From NCBI GenBank assembly GCA_963843835.1, contig CAWJMD010000001.1, positions 938,295 through 1,002,294 on the forward strand: a stretch of 64,000 nt of DNA, written 5' to 3'. Source of the DNA: an uncultured Actinomycetota bacterium (lineage in GTDB: Bacteria > Actinomycetota > Actinomycetes > Actinomycetales > CAWJMD01). Below the pieces are notes generated by a model. That model had not been told where the DNA came from, made no database searches, and saw only the letters and a list, made by a program, of their open reading frames with translations. Position 1 is the stretch's first letter, and each line of letters starts with the position of its first letter. Shown here piece after piece: positions 18,195 through 28,700 of the stretch. Both the position numbers and the translations under genes were made by a program.

Positions 18195-19777
18195 GCACCG
18201 TCGTCGCAGCCAGGTTGGACACTTCGGATCGCAAGGTCGGGCTGGTGCTCGCCTTCGGCGGACTGCTGGTCGTCGTGGACACCACCGTCACGCTGGTCGC
18301 GATCCCGGCGATGGTTGCAGCGCTCGACTCCAGCCTGTCCGCCCTCCAGTGGGTCACCACCGGCTACGTCCTTGGCCTGGTCGCGGTGACGCCACTGGCG
18401 GCCTGGACGGCCACCAGGTTCGGGGACCGCCGCGTCTATCTCGCCGCGGTGGCCACCTTCGTGGTCCTGTCCGTGCTCGCGGGGAGCGCATGGGGCGTCG
18501 GGTCCCTGATCGCGTTCCGCGTACTGCAAGGTCTGGCCGGTGGCCTGATCAACCCCGTGGGCGCGGCGATAGCGCTGCGCTTTGCACCCGTCGGGGCCCG
18601 CGGGGCCATGATGAGCCTGCTCGGCCTGCCCGTCGTGGTCGGTCCGGTACTGGGCCCGCCGCTCGCCGGCCTGCTCGTCGACGCGACATCGTGGCGCTGG
18701 CTGTTCTGGGTGAACCTCCCGGTCGGGCTCGTCGCCTGGCTGCTGTGCCGTCGCGTCCTGCCGGTGGAGCGCCGTGCCTCCAGGGGCCGTGTGGACGTGG
18801 TCGGCGCCTCGTGCGTGGCCGGTGGGGCCGCGTCCCTCGTCTTCGGCTGCACCCTGGTGGCCGACTCCGGGCGGATCACAGCGACCGCTTGTGCCGCAGC
18901 GGTTCTGGGGGCGCTGCTTCTCGCGCTCTTCGTCCGCAGGGCACTGCGCCAGTCCGATCCGCCGGTCAGGGTGCGACTCCTCGCCACCCGGCAGCTCGGT
19001 GCCGGCGCATTCGTGCTGTTCACGTTCGGGGCCGCCTACTTCGGCTCGATGGGCGTCCTACCGGCCTTCGTGCAGGGCGTCCGAGGAGATCCCGTCGCCG
19101 TCGCGGGTGCTCTCGCCGTGCCCACCGGAGTCGCCGTCGGTCTGACGCTGCAGGTCGCGACGCGACTGGTCGACCGGACGGATCCGCACCGCATCGTCGT
19201 CTTCGGAACCGTGACGGCCGCGGTCGGTCTCGTCGTCCTCTGTGCTGGGACCAGCCGCGACGCCCCATACCTGGTGGCCGCGGTCGGAGGCGCCGTCCTC
19301 GGCGTCGGGTCGGGCGCGACGCTGATGCCGTCCATGACCGCGGCCAGCATGGCCCTGGTGGGGGACGACGTGCCGCACGGGACGACCCTGCTGAACCTGG
19401 CCGCGCAGCTCGGGAACGCGCTCGGAACCGCCCTCACCACCACCGCCTTGACGTTGCTGGTCACGGCCCGTGTGCCCGGCCTGGGCTCCGCGGGCGAGGG
19501 TGGTCTCGCAGCGATGGTCGGGCTCGGCGACGCGGCCCGCAGCCGCATGCAGCCGGAGCTCGCCGCCTCCGTCGGGATGACCTACACCGTTCCCCTCGTC
19601 CTCTGTCTGGCGGCCGCACTCGCTGCCGTCGTGGGGATGCGCCCCACGAGGCCCGGGGTCCGGGCAACGTCCGGAAGCGGTCGCATCGGTCTGTCGTCAG
19701 CCGTCACGGTTCGCGGTCGACCAGCCGCACCACCAGATCGGCCCGCGCACGCGTCGCCGACACCAGCTCGGCGTTGA
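18191..19777 (+). CDS. MFS drug efflux transporter (DHA2/EmrB-like)
   Basis: VDTTVTLVAIP, QWVTTGYVL, FRVLQGLAGG, GPVLGPPLAG, SWRWLFWVNLPVG. Confidence 0.9.
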   Translation: MSTVVAARLDTSDRKVGLVLAFGGLLVVVDTTVTLVAIPAMVAALDSSLSALQWVTTGYVLGLVAVTPLAAWTATRFGDRRVYLAAVATFVVLSVLAGSAWGVGSLIAFRVLQGLAGGLINPVGAAIALRFAPVGARGAMMSLLGLPVVVGPVLGPPLAGLLVDATSWRWLFWVNLPVGLVAWLLCRRVLPVERRASRGRVDVVGASCVAGGAASLVFGCTLVADSGRITATACAAAVLGALLLALFVRRALRQSDPPVRVRLLATRQLGAGAFVLFTFGAAYFGSMGVLPAFVQGVRGDPVAVAGALAVPTGVAVGLTLQVATRLVDRTDPHRIVVFGTVTAAVGLVVLCAGTSRDAPYLVAAVGGAVLGVGSGATLMPSMTAASMALVGDDVPHGTTLLNLAAQLGNALGTALTTTALTLLVTARVPGLGSAGEGGLAAMVGLGDAARSRMQPELAASVGMTYTVPLVLCLAAALAAVVGMRPTRPGVRATSGSGRIGLSSAVTVRGRPAAPPDRPAHASPTPARR

Positions 19778-20399
19778 CCTGGTCGATCCCGGCTACCCAG
19801 GCCTCCGCCGCGTCCTGCATCTTGCCGAACTCGACGTGCCGCCGCACCAGCCGGTCGATCCGGGTGCGCTCGTCCAGCACCACGAACCACACGGCATCGA
19901 GAGCCTGTCGCGCTCGTCGAGCGGCTGGGTGGTCCGCGAGCAGGTAGTTGCCCTCGGTGACGACCAGCCGACACTCGGCCGGAACAGCGATCGCGCCGGC
20001 GATCGCCTCCTCGATGGAGCGGTCGAAGACCGGGGCGTAAACCGTGTCGCGCGCTGACCGGAGACGTTCGAGCAGGTGCGCGTACCCGTCCAGGTCGAAG
20101 GTCTCCAGCGCTCCCTTGCGGTCCCGCAGGCCCAGGTCCTCCAGCACGACGTTGGCGAGGTGGAACCCGTCGAACGGCACCACGACGGTCCCCAGGTCCG
20201 CGAGCCGGTCAGCCAGCGCGACGGCCACCGTCGACTTGCCCGCTCCCGGCGCACCCGTCAGCCCCAGCATCGTGCGGGCTCGCCCATCGCCGACCAGGGC
20301 CCGGACCCGGCCGACCAGCTCGTCCACCGTCGCCGAGATGGACCGCGCACGAACGGGTTCCGTGTCTTCCGTGGACGCTCCTTCGATCACCTGACCCAC
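19704..20399 (-). CDS. P-loop nucleoside/pantothenate kinase-like protein (YggC-like)
   Basis: GLTGAPGAGKST, PFDGFHL, RKGA..TFD, VTEGNYLL. Confidence 0.85.
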   Translation of the reverse strand: MGQVIEGASTEDTEPVRARSISATVDELVGRVRALVGDGRARTMLGLTGAPGAGKSTVAVALADRLADLGTVVVPFDGFHLANVVLEDLGLRDRKGALETFDLDGYAHLLERLRSARDTVYAPVFDRSIEEAIAGAIAVPAECRLVVTEGNYLLADHPAARRARQALDAVWFVVLDERTRIDRLVRRHVEFGKMQDAAEAWVAGIDQVNAELVSATRARADLVVRLVDREP

Positions 20400-20400
20400 C

Positions 20401-21081
20401 TCACCGCACGATCTTGAAGTTCAGCATCGGTGTCCCCACCGACCCGAGCAGGCGCAGCCACACCGGCAGCATCATCTCCGGGCCGCGGGCGGTCGTGATG
20501 TCCCCGAGGTCGATCACGTCGGTGTGCCCGAAGGCGCGCAACAGCTCGGTGACCGTGCCCTTGGCCGCGTCGTCGTTCCCGGACACGAACACCGAGTGCT
20601 GGCCGTCGGCCAGCTGCTGCGGGTCGACCATCACCGCCGCGGTCATCGTGTTCAGCGACTTCACCACGCGCGCCCTCGGGAACGTCCGCTGGATCTGCTC
20701 GGCCAACGAGTCCGTGTTGCTGACGAACAACGACGGCGGGAAGCCCTGCGAGAAGTCGAGCGGGTTGGAGACGTCCAGCAGCACCTTGTCGTCGAGGTTG
20801 TCGGCACCGGCCAGCGTGAGCGCCTCGATCGACCCGCTGCCGCCGGTCGCGTTGACCACGAGCTCGGCACCGGCCGCCGCCTCTGCGAAGGTCTCGAGCG
20901 CCACCCCGGCGTGCTCCTCGAGCCACTGCGGCACGGGCGCGTTCCCGCGCTCGTCCGGTTCGGTCCGGGCGAGCGTGGTCGCCAGGTCGCGCGTGCCGAC
21001 CACCACCTCGTGGCCGAGCCCGGCCAGTCGGGCGGCCAGCGTGCGACCGACGGTTCCGGTGCCGAGGACGGCGATGCGCAT
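20401..21081 (-). CDS. NADPH-dependent F420 reductase family oxidoreductase
   Basis: IAVLGTGTVG Rossmann motif, LLDVSNPLD, SLAEQIQ..P.ARVVKSLNT, IDLGDITTAR. Confidence 0.87.
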   Translation of the reverse strand: MRIAVLGTGTVGRTLAARLAGLGHEVVVGTRDLATTLARTEPDERGNAPVPQWLEEHAGVALETFAEAAAGAELVVNATGGSGSIEALTLAGADNLDDKVLLDVSNPLDFSQGFPPSLFVSNTDSLAEQIQRTFPRARVVKSLNTMTAAVMVDPQQLADGQHSVFVSGNDDAAKGTVTELLRAFGHTDVIDLGDITTARGPEMMLPVWLRLLGSVGTPMLNFKIVR

Positions 21082-21551
21082 GGCGGGTCCCTTCGAGACG
21101 GGAGCCGGCGCGACACCGGCCCGCACCTACAGGCCTACCAGACGGGCCCCCCTGGGACCCAGCACGACCGCACTCCCTGGCGGCTCAGCCCGATGGTGGA
21201 GCAGCATGGAGGTGGGCCACATCGGCTCCGTTGTGGCCGCGCGCAGTCGGGGAGGTCTTGATGGTCGGCGAACGAGTCCGGTCCAGGGTGAGGATCACTC
21301 AGCGGCTAAGGGAGCGGATCGTCCGCTGGGGCGACGCCCGACGAAAGGACCCCGCGGACATCGTGGTCCGAGCGCCCGCTGGGACCACCGTGACGATGTC
21401 ACCGCCCGGCGCGATGCCGACCATGCCGTCGTCGCCACCGGGACCGCAGATGTCCATGTCGCCGGACCGGTTCGCGGGCCGTCGGAGCTTCAGGTACGCC
21501 CACGACTCGCTCCGCGTCCTGGCAGCTCCACGGTCCCCAGGTGCATCCGCA

Positions 21552-22001
21552 ATGGATTCGGCAGACCGCGAGATCCTCCTGGCGGTGTACAAGCAGGTCA
21601 GTGACAGCTGGCGGGTGCTGACAGATGTCCGGTTCAAGTTGTTGGCTCTCATACCGCCGGTTGCTGCCCTGGCCTTGGTCGCTGTGGTCACGGAGCAGGG
21701 ACCGCTCGCGGGCTCGGGCGTCGCGCCACGCGTAGGGCTGGCGACGTTCGGACTGCTGGTCACGGTAGGGCTCCGTATGTATGACCTGCGCAACGACGAG
21801 CTCTACGACGATCTCATCAGTCGTGGGCGCCGCGCCGAGTTCGAGCTGGGTGTCCACGCCGGGGTGTTCCTCGCGCGACCGGAGCCGAAGAAGTCCTTCG
21901 GTCTGACCCTCGTGCGGCACCGGACGGCAACGTCTCTCGTGTACGGCTCCGTGATCCTGGCCTGGATCGCAGCCGGCCTCTACGCCGCCGTCTTCCGCTA
22001 G
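21552..22001 (+). CDS. Hypothetical small membrane protein (about 3 TM)
   Basis: ATG 21552; N-terminal helix YKQVSDSWRVLTDVRFKLL, two TMs, YDLRNDELYD linker, C-terminal TM. Confidence 0.6.
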   Translation: MDSADREILLAVYKQVSDSWRVLTDVRFKLLALIPPVAALALVAVVTEQGPLAGSGVAPRVGLATFGLLVTVGLRMYDLRNDELYDDLISRGRRAEFELGVHAGVFLARPEPKKSFGLTLVRHRTATSLVYGSVILAWIAAGLYAAVFR

Positions 22002-22087
22002 CCACCGAACCCGGCGCTGCCGCGACCTGGCGCTGAGCGCCGCGTCCGATATCTTGACGTCAAACAAATCCGAGACGGACGGAGCAC

Positions 22088-24313
22088 GTGGTGAGCGAGC
22101 CGACGATCTTCTACACCTACACCGACGAGGCGCCCGCACTGGCGACCCACTCGTTGCTGCCGATCGTCTCGGCCTACGCGTCGACGGCGGGCGTGAGCAT
22201 CGAGTCGCCGGACATCTCCCTGTCGGGCCGCATCCTCGGCGCATTCGCGGACCGGCTGCCGGCCGGCCAGCAGGTTCCCGACGCGCTCTCGCAGCTCGGG
22301 CAGCTCGCGACCCGCCCCGAGGCGAACATCATCAAGCTGCCCAACATCTCCGCCTCCGTGCCGCAGCTGAAGGCCGTCATCGCCGAGCTGCAGGGGCAGG
22401 GTTACGACCTGCCCGACTACCCGGACAACCCCACGACGGCCGACGAGAGGGATGCGCGCGCGCGGTACGACAAGGTCAAGGGCAGCGCCGTGAACCCGGT
22501 TCTGCGCGAGGGCAACTCGGACCGCCGTGCGCCCGCCTCGGTCAAGAAGTACGCGCGCTCGCACCCGCACTCGATGGGTGCGTGGTCGCCGGACTCCAAG
22601 ACGAACGTCGCACACATGACCGCGGACGACTTCCGTTCCAACGAGAAGTCGGCGGTCGTCGAGTCCGATGGTGAGCTGCGCATCGAGCACGTCGCTGCGG
22701 ACGGCACCACCTCGGTGCTGAAGGAGTCCGTGACCGTCGTTGCCGGTGACGTCGTCGACTCGACCGTCATGCGGGTCGCGGCCCTGCGCGACTTCCTCGA
22801 CGCCCAGATCCAGCGGGCCAAGGCCGACGACGTGCTGTTCTCCGTGCACCTCAAGGCGACGATGATGAAGGTCTCCGACCCGGTCATCTTCGGGCACGTG
22901 GTCAAGGCCTTCTTCCCGAAGACCTTCGCCGAGCACGGTGCCGCGCTGAAGGCCGCCGGCCTGAGCCCCAACGACGGCCTCGGCGGCATCCTCTCCGGTC
23001 TCGACAAGGCCGAGGACGGCGCCGCGATCAAGGAGTCCTTCGACGCCGGGCTGGCGGACGGCCCGGCGCTGGCGATGGTCGACTCCGACCGCGGCATCAC
23101 CAACCTGCACGTGCCGAGCGACGTGATCGTCGACGCCTCGATGCCGGCGATGATCCGCACCTCCGGTCACATGTGGGGGCCGGACGGCGAGGAGGCCGAC
23201 ACCCTTGCGGTGATCCCCGACTCCAGCTACGCGGGCATCTACCAGGTCGTCCTCGACGACTGCCGCGCGAACGGTGCCTTCGACCCGTCCACGATGGGCT
23301 CGGTTCCCAACGTCGGCCTGATGGCCCGCGCCGCCGAGGAGTACGGAAGCCACGACAAGACCTTCGAGATCGCTTCCGCCGGAACGGTCCGCGTGGTCGA
23401 TGGCTCCGGTGCGACCCTGCTGGAGCACGAGGTGGACGAGGGTGACATCTGGCGCATGTGCCGCACCCAGGACGTGCCGGTGCGCGACTGGGTGAAGCTC
23501 GCCGTCACACGCGCCCGCGCCTCCGGCGTGCCTGCCGTGTTCTGGCTCGACGCCGACCGCGCCCACGATGCCCAGCTCATCGCGAAGGTGGACGAGTACC
23601 TGCCCGAGCACGACACAGACGGGCTGACGATCGAGGTCATGGCCCCGGCCGACGCGATGGCCTACTCGCTGGAGCGGATCCGGCGCGGCGAGGACACCAT
23701 CTCGGTCACCGGCAACGTGCTGCGCGACTACCTCACCGACCTGTTCCCGATCCTCGAGCTGGGCACGAGCGCGAAGATGCTGTCGGTGGTGCCGCTGATC
23801 AACGGCGGTGGGCTGTTCGAGACCGGCGCCGGCGGCTCTGCCCCCAAGCACGTGCAGCAGCTCGTCAAGGAGAACTACCTGCGCTGGGACAGCCTGGGCG
23901 AGTTTCTCGCCCTCGCCGTCAGCTTCGAGCACCTCGCCCAGGTGACCGACAACGCCCGCGCGCAGGTGCTCGCGGACACGCTGGACCGGGCGACGGGCAC
24001 GCTCCTCGACGAGAACCGCTCTCCCGCACGCCGGGTCGGGCAGATCGACAACCGCGGCAGCCACTTCTACCTGGCCTTGTACTGGGCCCGCGAGCTGGCG
24101 CAGCAGACCGACGACGCCGAGCTGGCCGCGGCGTTCACCGAGATCGCCCAGGCGCTCGGTGACAACGAGGAGAAGATCACCCGCGAGCTGATCGCCGTCC
24201 AGGGCGCCCCGGCCGACATCGGGGGCTACTACCGTCCGGACCGCGCCAAGGTCGACGCCGTGATGCGCCCGAGCGCCACGTTCAACCAGATCCTGGAGCG
24301 GCTGGCCCGCTGA
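22088..24313 (+). CDS. icd: NADP-dependent isocitrate dehydrogenase, monomeric type
   Basis: [71 protein letters not shown]. Confidence 0.97.
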   Translation: MVSEPTIFYTYTDEAPALATHSLLPIVSAYASTAGVSIESPDISLSGRILGAFADRLPAGQQVPDALSQLGQLATRPEANIIKLPNISASVPQLKAVIAELQGQGYDLPDYPDNPTTADERDARARYDKVKGSAVNPVLREGNSDRRAPASVKKYARSHPHSMGAWSPDSKTNVAHMTADDFRSNEKSAVVESDGELRIEHVAADGTTSVLKESVTVVAGDVVDSTVMRVAALRDFLDAQIQRAKADDVLFSVHLKATMMKVSDPVIFGHVVKAFFPKTFAEHGAALKAAGLSPNDGLGGILSGLDKAEDGAAIKESFDAGLADGPALAMVDSDRGITNLHVPSDVIVDASMPAMIRTSGHMWGPDGEEADTLAVIPDSSYAGIYQVVLDDCRANGAFDPSTMGSVPNVGLMARAAEEYGSHDKTFEIASAGTVRVVDGSGATLLEHEVDEGDIWRMCRTQDVPVRDWVKLAVTRARASGVPAVFWLDADRAHDAQLIAKVDEYLPEHDTDGLTIEVMAPADAMAYSLERIRRGEDTISVTGNVLRDYLTDLFPILELGTSAKMLSVVPLINGGGLFETGAGGSAPKHVQQLVKENYLRWDSLGEFLALAVSFEHLAQVTDNARAQVLADTLDRATGTLLDENRSPARRVGQIDNRGSHFYLALYWARELAQQTDDAELAAAFTEIAQALGDNEEKITRELIAVQGAPADIGGYYRPDRAKVDAVMRPSATFNQILERLAR

Positions 24314-24344
24314 CCGACGGGTGGACAGCCACTCGAGCGGTTGG

Positions 24345-25730
24345 TCAAGCCTCCGAGGCCACGATGACCAGCCGCTCGACAGGGCTGAAGCCTCCGGCCG
24401 ACACGCTGACGCGGTAGGTGCCCGCCTCCAGCGGCCCGACGTCGGTGACGAGGTGCTCGCCGTCCCGCACCAGCGCCTGGATGGCGACGAGCTGCTCGGT
24501 CTCGGCGTCGTGCACCTGGCACATGCCGACGTCGGCGTCGACGACCTCCACATGCAACGGGTCACCGGCGGGGACCATGTCGGGGACCCGCATCCCGAGC
24601 TCCGAGGCGGCCTGGAACGCTCCCAGGTCCCGGCCCGTCGCGACGGCTGCCGCGAAGTCCACTCCCTCGGGTGACTTCGCCAGCGCCCCGTGGCTCTGCG
24701 GCAGCAGGGATGGCACGACGCCGTCGGGGTGCGCTGCATAGCGGAAGACCGTGCCGTCGCCGCCGTGGTCCTCTCGGCGGCGCGTGTCCGTGCCGGCCAC
24801 ATCCTCGGTGAAGGCCGGAGGACGACCTGGGCGCAGGCTCGCGGACTGCAGAGTCGGCTGGCGGGTGCCCACCACTGACTGGACCCAGCCGTCGTCCCGA
24901 CCGAGCATGGCCGCCTGCAGGGTCGCCAAAGTCGCCAAAGCCGTCTCTGTCATCTCGGCGTCGGCGCCCACGTCGGCGAGGTCGGACGGCGTGAGCTGAC
25001 GGAACGGGTGCGCCAGTCCGTCGGCGTCGTCGCCCTCGTCGACGCAGGCATACGTAGGGAGCAGCTCGTAGACCCCCGGCATCATCCGGGTCGCGTCTCT
25101 GAGGGACTCGGCGTAGAGACCCAGCGGGAGCCAGCTTCCCGCGGCGAGCACGTGCAGCGCGTTGACCGAGCCCCTGAAGGGTGTCCCGAGCGTGATCACC
25201 AGTCGTACGTCGTCCCCACCATGGTCGCGCAGCACGGTGGCGAACCACGACGCCACGAGGCCGCCCATCGAGTGCCCGACGAGGGTGAGCCGCGGCTCGG
25301 GACGGCCCCGGCGCTCCTCGTCCGGGAGTGCGGCGAAACGGCTGCGCCAGTCGGTCAGGTGGGCTCTCGCGACCGGTGCCAGGGCAGTGGCTGCCTCCAC
25401 GATCGACCGCCGCCAGTCGTACGCGAACGGCCGGACCGCCTCGGGTCTTAGCGTGACCTGTCGGAGCCTCTGCTCCAGCCGCGTGTACGGCTCGATCCCG
25501 CACAGCAGGGGGACCGGGACGGGCAGCTGGACCGGACGAGACGCCCTGAGGCCGTCACCACCCCTCGGCACCAGCCGCGCCATCACGTCCTTGAAGAACA
25601 GCTGCCGCGCGAACAGGCCGGGCTTCATCCCCCACACGACCTTGCCGCGGGCGTCGACCAGCTCACTGCCCATGATCCCGGGCAGGTACAGCACGGCGTC
25701 TGACGTCAGCGCCGCTCTGGGCGAGGGCAC
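24345..25730 (-). CDS. LCAT/PGAP1-like alpha/beta-hydrolase (lipase/phospholipase) with C-terminal beta-sandwich-like domain
   Basis: LPGIMGSEL oxyanion motif, FAYDWRRS, GHSMGG nucleophile elbow, LGTPFRGS, GDGTV (Asp), HGAL (His); start GTG 25730 inferred from promoter symmetry. Confidence 0.85.
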   Translation of the reverse strand: MPSPRAALTSDAVLYLPGIMGSELVDARGKVVWGMKPGLFARQLFFKDVMARLVPRGGDGLRASRPVQLPVPVPLLCGIEPYTRLEQRLRQVTLRPEAVRPFAYDWRRSIVEAATALAPVARAHLTDWRSRFAALPDEERRGRPEPRLTLVGHSMGGLVASWFATVLRDHGGDDVRLVITLGTPFRGSVNALHVLAAGSWLPLGLYAESLRDATRMMPGVYELLPTYACVDEGDDADGLAHPFRQLTPSDLADVGADAEMTETALATLATLQAAMLGRDDGWVQSVVGTRQPTLQSASLRPGRPPAFTEDVAGTDTRRREDHGGDGTVFRYAAHPDGVVPSLLPQSHGALAKSPEGVDFAAAVATGRDLGAFQAASELGMRVPDMVPAGDPLHVEVVDADVGMCQVHDAETEQLVAIQALVRDGEHLVTDVGPLEAGTYRVSVSAGGFSPVERLVIVASEA

Positions 25731-25754
25731 GTCACCGAGCGTACGCTCGTCGAG
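25731..25754. promoter_or_regulatory. Symmetric bidirectional leaderless promoter
   Basis: Perfect palindrome CGAGCGTACGCTCG (25736-25749) gives TACGCT on both strands, each exactly 7 nt before a GTG start (25755 plus, 25730 minus). Confidence 0.7.
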
Positions 25755-28700
25755 GTGACGACGTTCGGAGTCGTCCTGGTCGCCGTGGACGACTACCCCG
25801 AACCGCCTGGGCCGCTCCCGTCCAGCGACAGTGCCGCACGGTTCGGCGCCATCCTCGGCGGCGGGCGCGGGGGGAACGTCCTCGACACCGTCGTCGTCCA
25901 CGGGGAGGGTGACCTCGTCGACGCGGTCCGCAGGTGGGCCGAGCAGCCCGACCGCCCCACCGGGTCAGTGGTCTACCTCGTCGGCCACGGCCGAGGCGAC
26001 TCCCTCGACCATGACCTGCTCGTGCCGGACGGCGACGGAGTGCTCCCGGTCCGCACCAGCGGCATGGCGCAGTTCCTGCAACGCGACTGGCAGCGGCGTC
26101 AGACCGACCCCGACAGCTGGGCTCTGTTCGTGCTCGACTGCTGCGACAGCGAGCTCGGCGTCACGAACCTGGCTGCCGAGCTCTCAGCGAAGTACCCGAA
26201 GAAGCCCAAGCGACTGGGGCTCTGGCCGGTGGCGCCCGGTGGCGCCGCCCGCACGGGAGCCTTCGTCACCGCGTTCGAGCACGCCCTGGACACGTTCACC
26301 GAGAACGACGAGCGCATCCCGCTGGACGAGGTCTTCCGCCGGATCAGACGCGAGCTGGGAGACCTGGAACCAGCAGGGTTCCTGCCGCCTGAGGCGGCGC
26401 TCGAGCGCCCGCCGCCGCCGTCGCCGGTCGTGATGGCCCTCGACGTGCGCGAGGAGCTGCGACTGGCCCTCGCCGCACTCCCGGCCGAGGTGAGTGGCCA
26501 CTTCATCGAGAAGGCCCAGGGGAGCGAGGTCGGTGAGGTCGCCTGGCACTTCGCGGGACGCGACCGCGAGGTGGCCGAGCTGTCCGCCTGGCTCGCGCAC
26601 GGCGAGGGCCTGAAGGTCGTCACCGGTGAGGCGGGGTCGGGCAAGTCGGCCCTGCTCGGGCACCTGGTCGTGCTCGCCGACCCGAAGCTCGTGGCGCTGT
26701 ACACCGAGTCGGGCCTGGCCCCGCACCTGGCCGCGCGCCCTCGACCACCGGGGAACGTGTTCGCCGTCGTGCTGCACCTCACCGGCCAGACCGCGCTGGA
26801 GGTGGTGGACGACCTGTCGGCACAGCTCGACACCGTGGCCGGTGAGGCCCACGACCAACCCACCGGGACCCTCGACGAGCGGGTCCGGACCCTGCTCGAC
26901 CAGGTGCGTGGGCGGGGCCAGGACGGTGCGACGGTGCTGGTCGACGCACTCGACGAGGCGCAGGAGCCGGAGGCGTTGGCGGTTGTGCTGCAGCAGATCT
27001 CACTCGCGGGGGCGCTCCGTGTACTGGTGGGCACGCGGCGCTCGGTCACCGAGGGCCCCGACCAGCCCGCCGACCCGACGCGACGGGACCTGCTCGACGC
27101 CCTCGGGGTCGCCGAATCCGAGGTGCTCGTGGTCGAGCGCGACCCCGCTGCCGTCCACGCCTACGCCGTCCAGCGGCTCGTGCGGGACGGCTCGCCCTAC
27201 GAGCACGACACAGGTCGCGCCGCAGCCCTGGCCGACAGGATCACCGAGCGCGACCAGCCGTTCCTCTTCGCCCGGCTCGCGACCGCCGAGCTGCTCGCGC
27301 GACCCGCCCTCGCTGCCGATGACCCGGCGCTCGACGAGCTGCTGAGCCACGGTCACCGTGGTGTCTTCGCGGCCGCCCTGGAGCGCGTCGCAGGCGCCGA
27401 CCCCGGCGCCGTCGAGATGCTGCGCGCCCTGGCCCACGCGCGGGGAAGTGGCATGCCGCGGACCGGGGGAACCTGGGTGGACGCTGCCCGGGCCGTCGGT
27501 CAGGTCGACGACGGGTCCGATGCCCGCGTCGACGCCACCGTCGCCGTGGCGGGCCCGTACGTGACGCTCGACGCCGAGGCGGGACAGAGCACCTACCGGC
27601 TTGCCCACCAGACGTTCGTCGAGCACTTCCACGCCGAGCCCGGGTTCGGCGAGGGGCATCGGCGCATCGCCGCGCAGCTCGCCGCACGCCAGCGGGCGGC
27701 AGTCGGCGGCTGGGACGCGGCGAACCACTACGTCGTGCGCTACCTCCCCGAGCACCTCGTCGCCGACGCGGACCGCACGCCCCCGGACGGTCAGGGGCTG
27801 GCCCACCTCGTCACCGACGCCGGTTGGCTGCACCGGGCGGTGCTGCTGCTGGGTGTGGACAGGACGTTGGACGTGATCGTCGCAGCCAGAACCGTCTTCG
27901 ACTGGGACGACCAGGTGGACTGGGCGTTCAACCAGCGCGCGGCCGACGCCGTCGAGCGCGCCTTGCGTCGTAGCCGGATCTCCCTGGCTCGCGACCCCGG
28001 ACAGCTGGCGGGCCAGCTCCACGCCCGGCTCAGCCACGACGACGACGAGCAGCTCGCCGGCCTCGGTGACGCCGTGGGTGAGGCTGTCGGACAGCCGTGG
28101 CTCCGGATGGTCGAGGGCCGGCTCGACTGGTCGTCGGATCTCGAGTCGGTGTACGGGCTCGTCGGCAAGGTACGGGGAGTGGCCTTCGGCGTCGTCGACG
28201 ACGACCCGATGGTGGCGATCGCCGTCGACACCAGGGTGGTGCTGTGGGACCCACGGCGTGGTGTCGACGACGTGCGGGAGATCGAGGTCGGGGTGCGGCC
28301 GACGGGCGTGGCGCTGGGCACCATCGGGGGTCGTCCCGTGGTCGTCACGACGGCTGGGTACGACGGTCGGACGGACGTGTGGGACGCCCGCTCGTCCGAA
28401 CGGCTCGGTGGCGTCGACGTCTCTCTCGGGTTCCGCCTCGCCGTCGGCCGGGTGGGCGGCCGACAGGTGATCGCGGGCGCTCCGGTGTACGGGGAGATCC
28501 AGCTCCTCGACGCGGCATCGCTGGCGCGGGTCGAGCCCCACCCGGATCTCCGGCTCCGTGAGGTGCTGGGCTTCGGCGTGGACGAGGGACGCCTCGTCGT
28601 CCTCGGGGTCGAGTCCGCACAGGTCGTCGTCGTCGACCCCGCGGACGGGAACGAGATCTGGCGCAGCGTCGAGCTGACCGCGGGCCCCGGTGACCACATC

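Noticed and set aside
19704-19777. Convergent 3' overlaps (MFS/kinase 74 bp; NLR/VanZ 92 bp; lyase/modC 13 bp)
   Set aside because: Stop-codon scarcity at high GC explains these; there is no sign of function.
24200-24345. icd 3' end as an att site for the caspase-lipase pair
   Set aside because: No duplicated icd end or integrase was seen, and known icd integration sites concern the unrelated dimeric enzyme.
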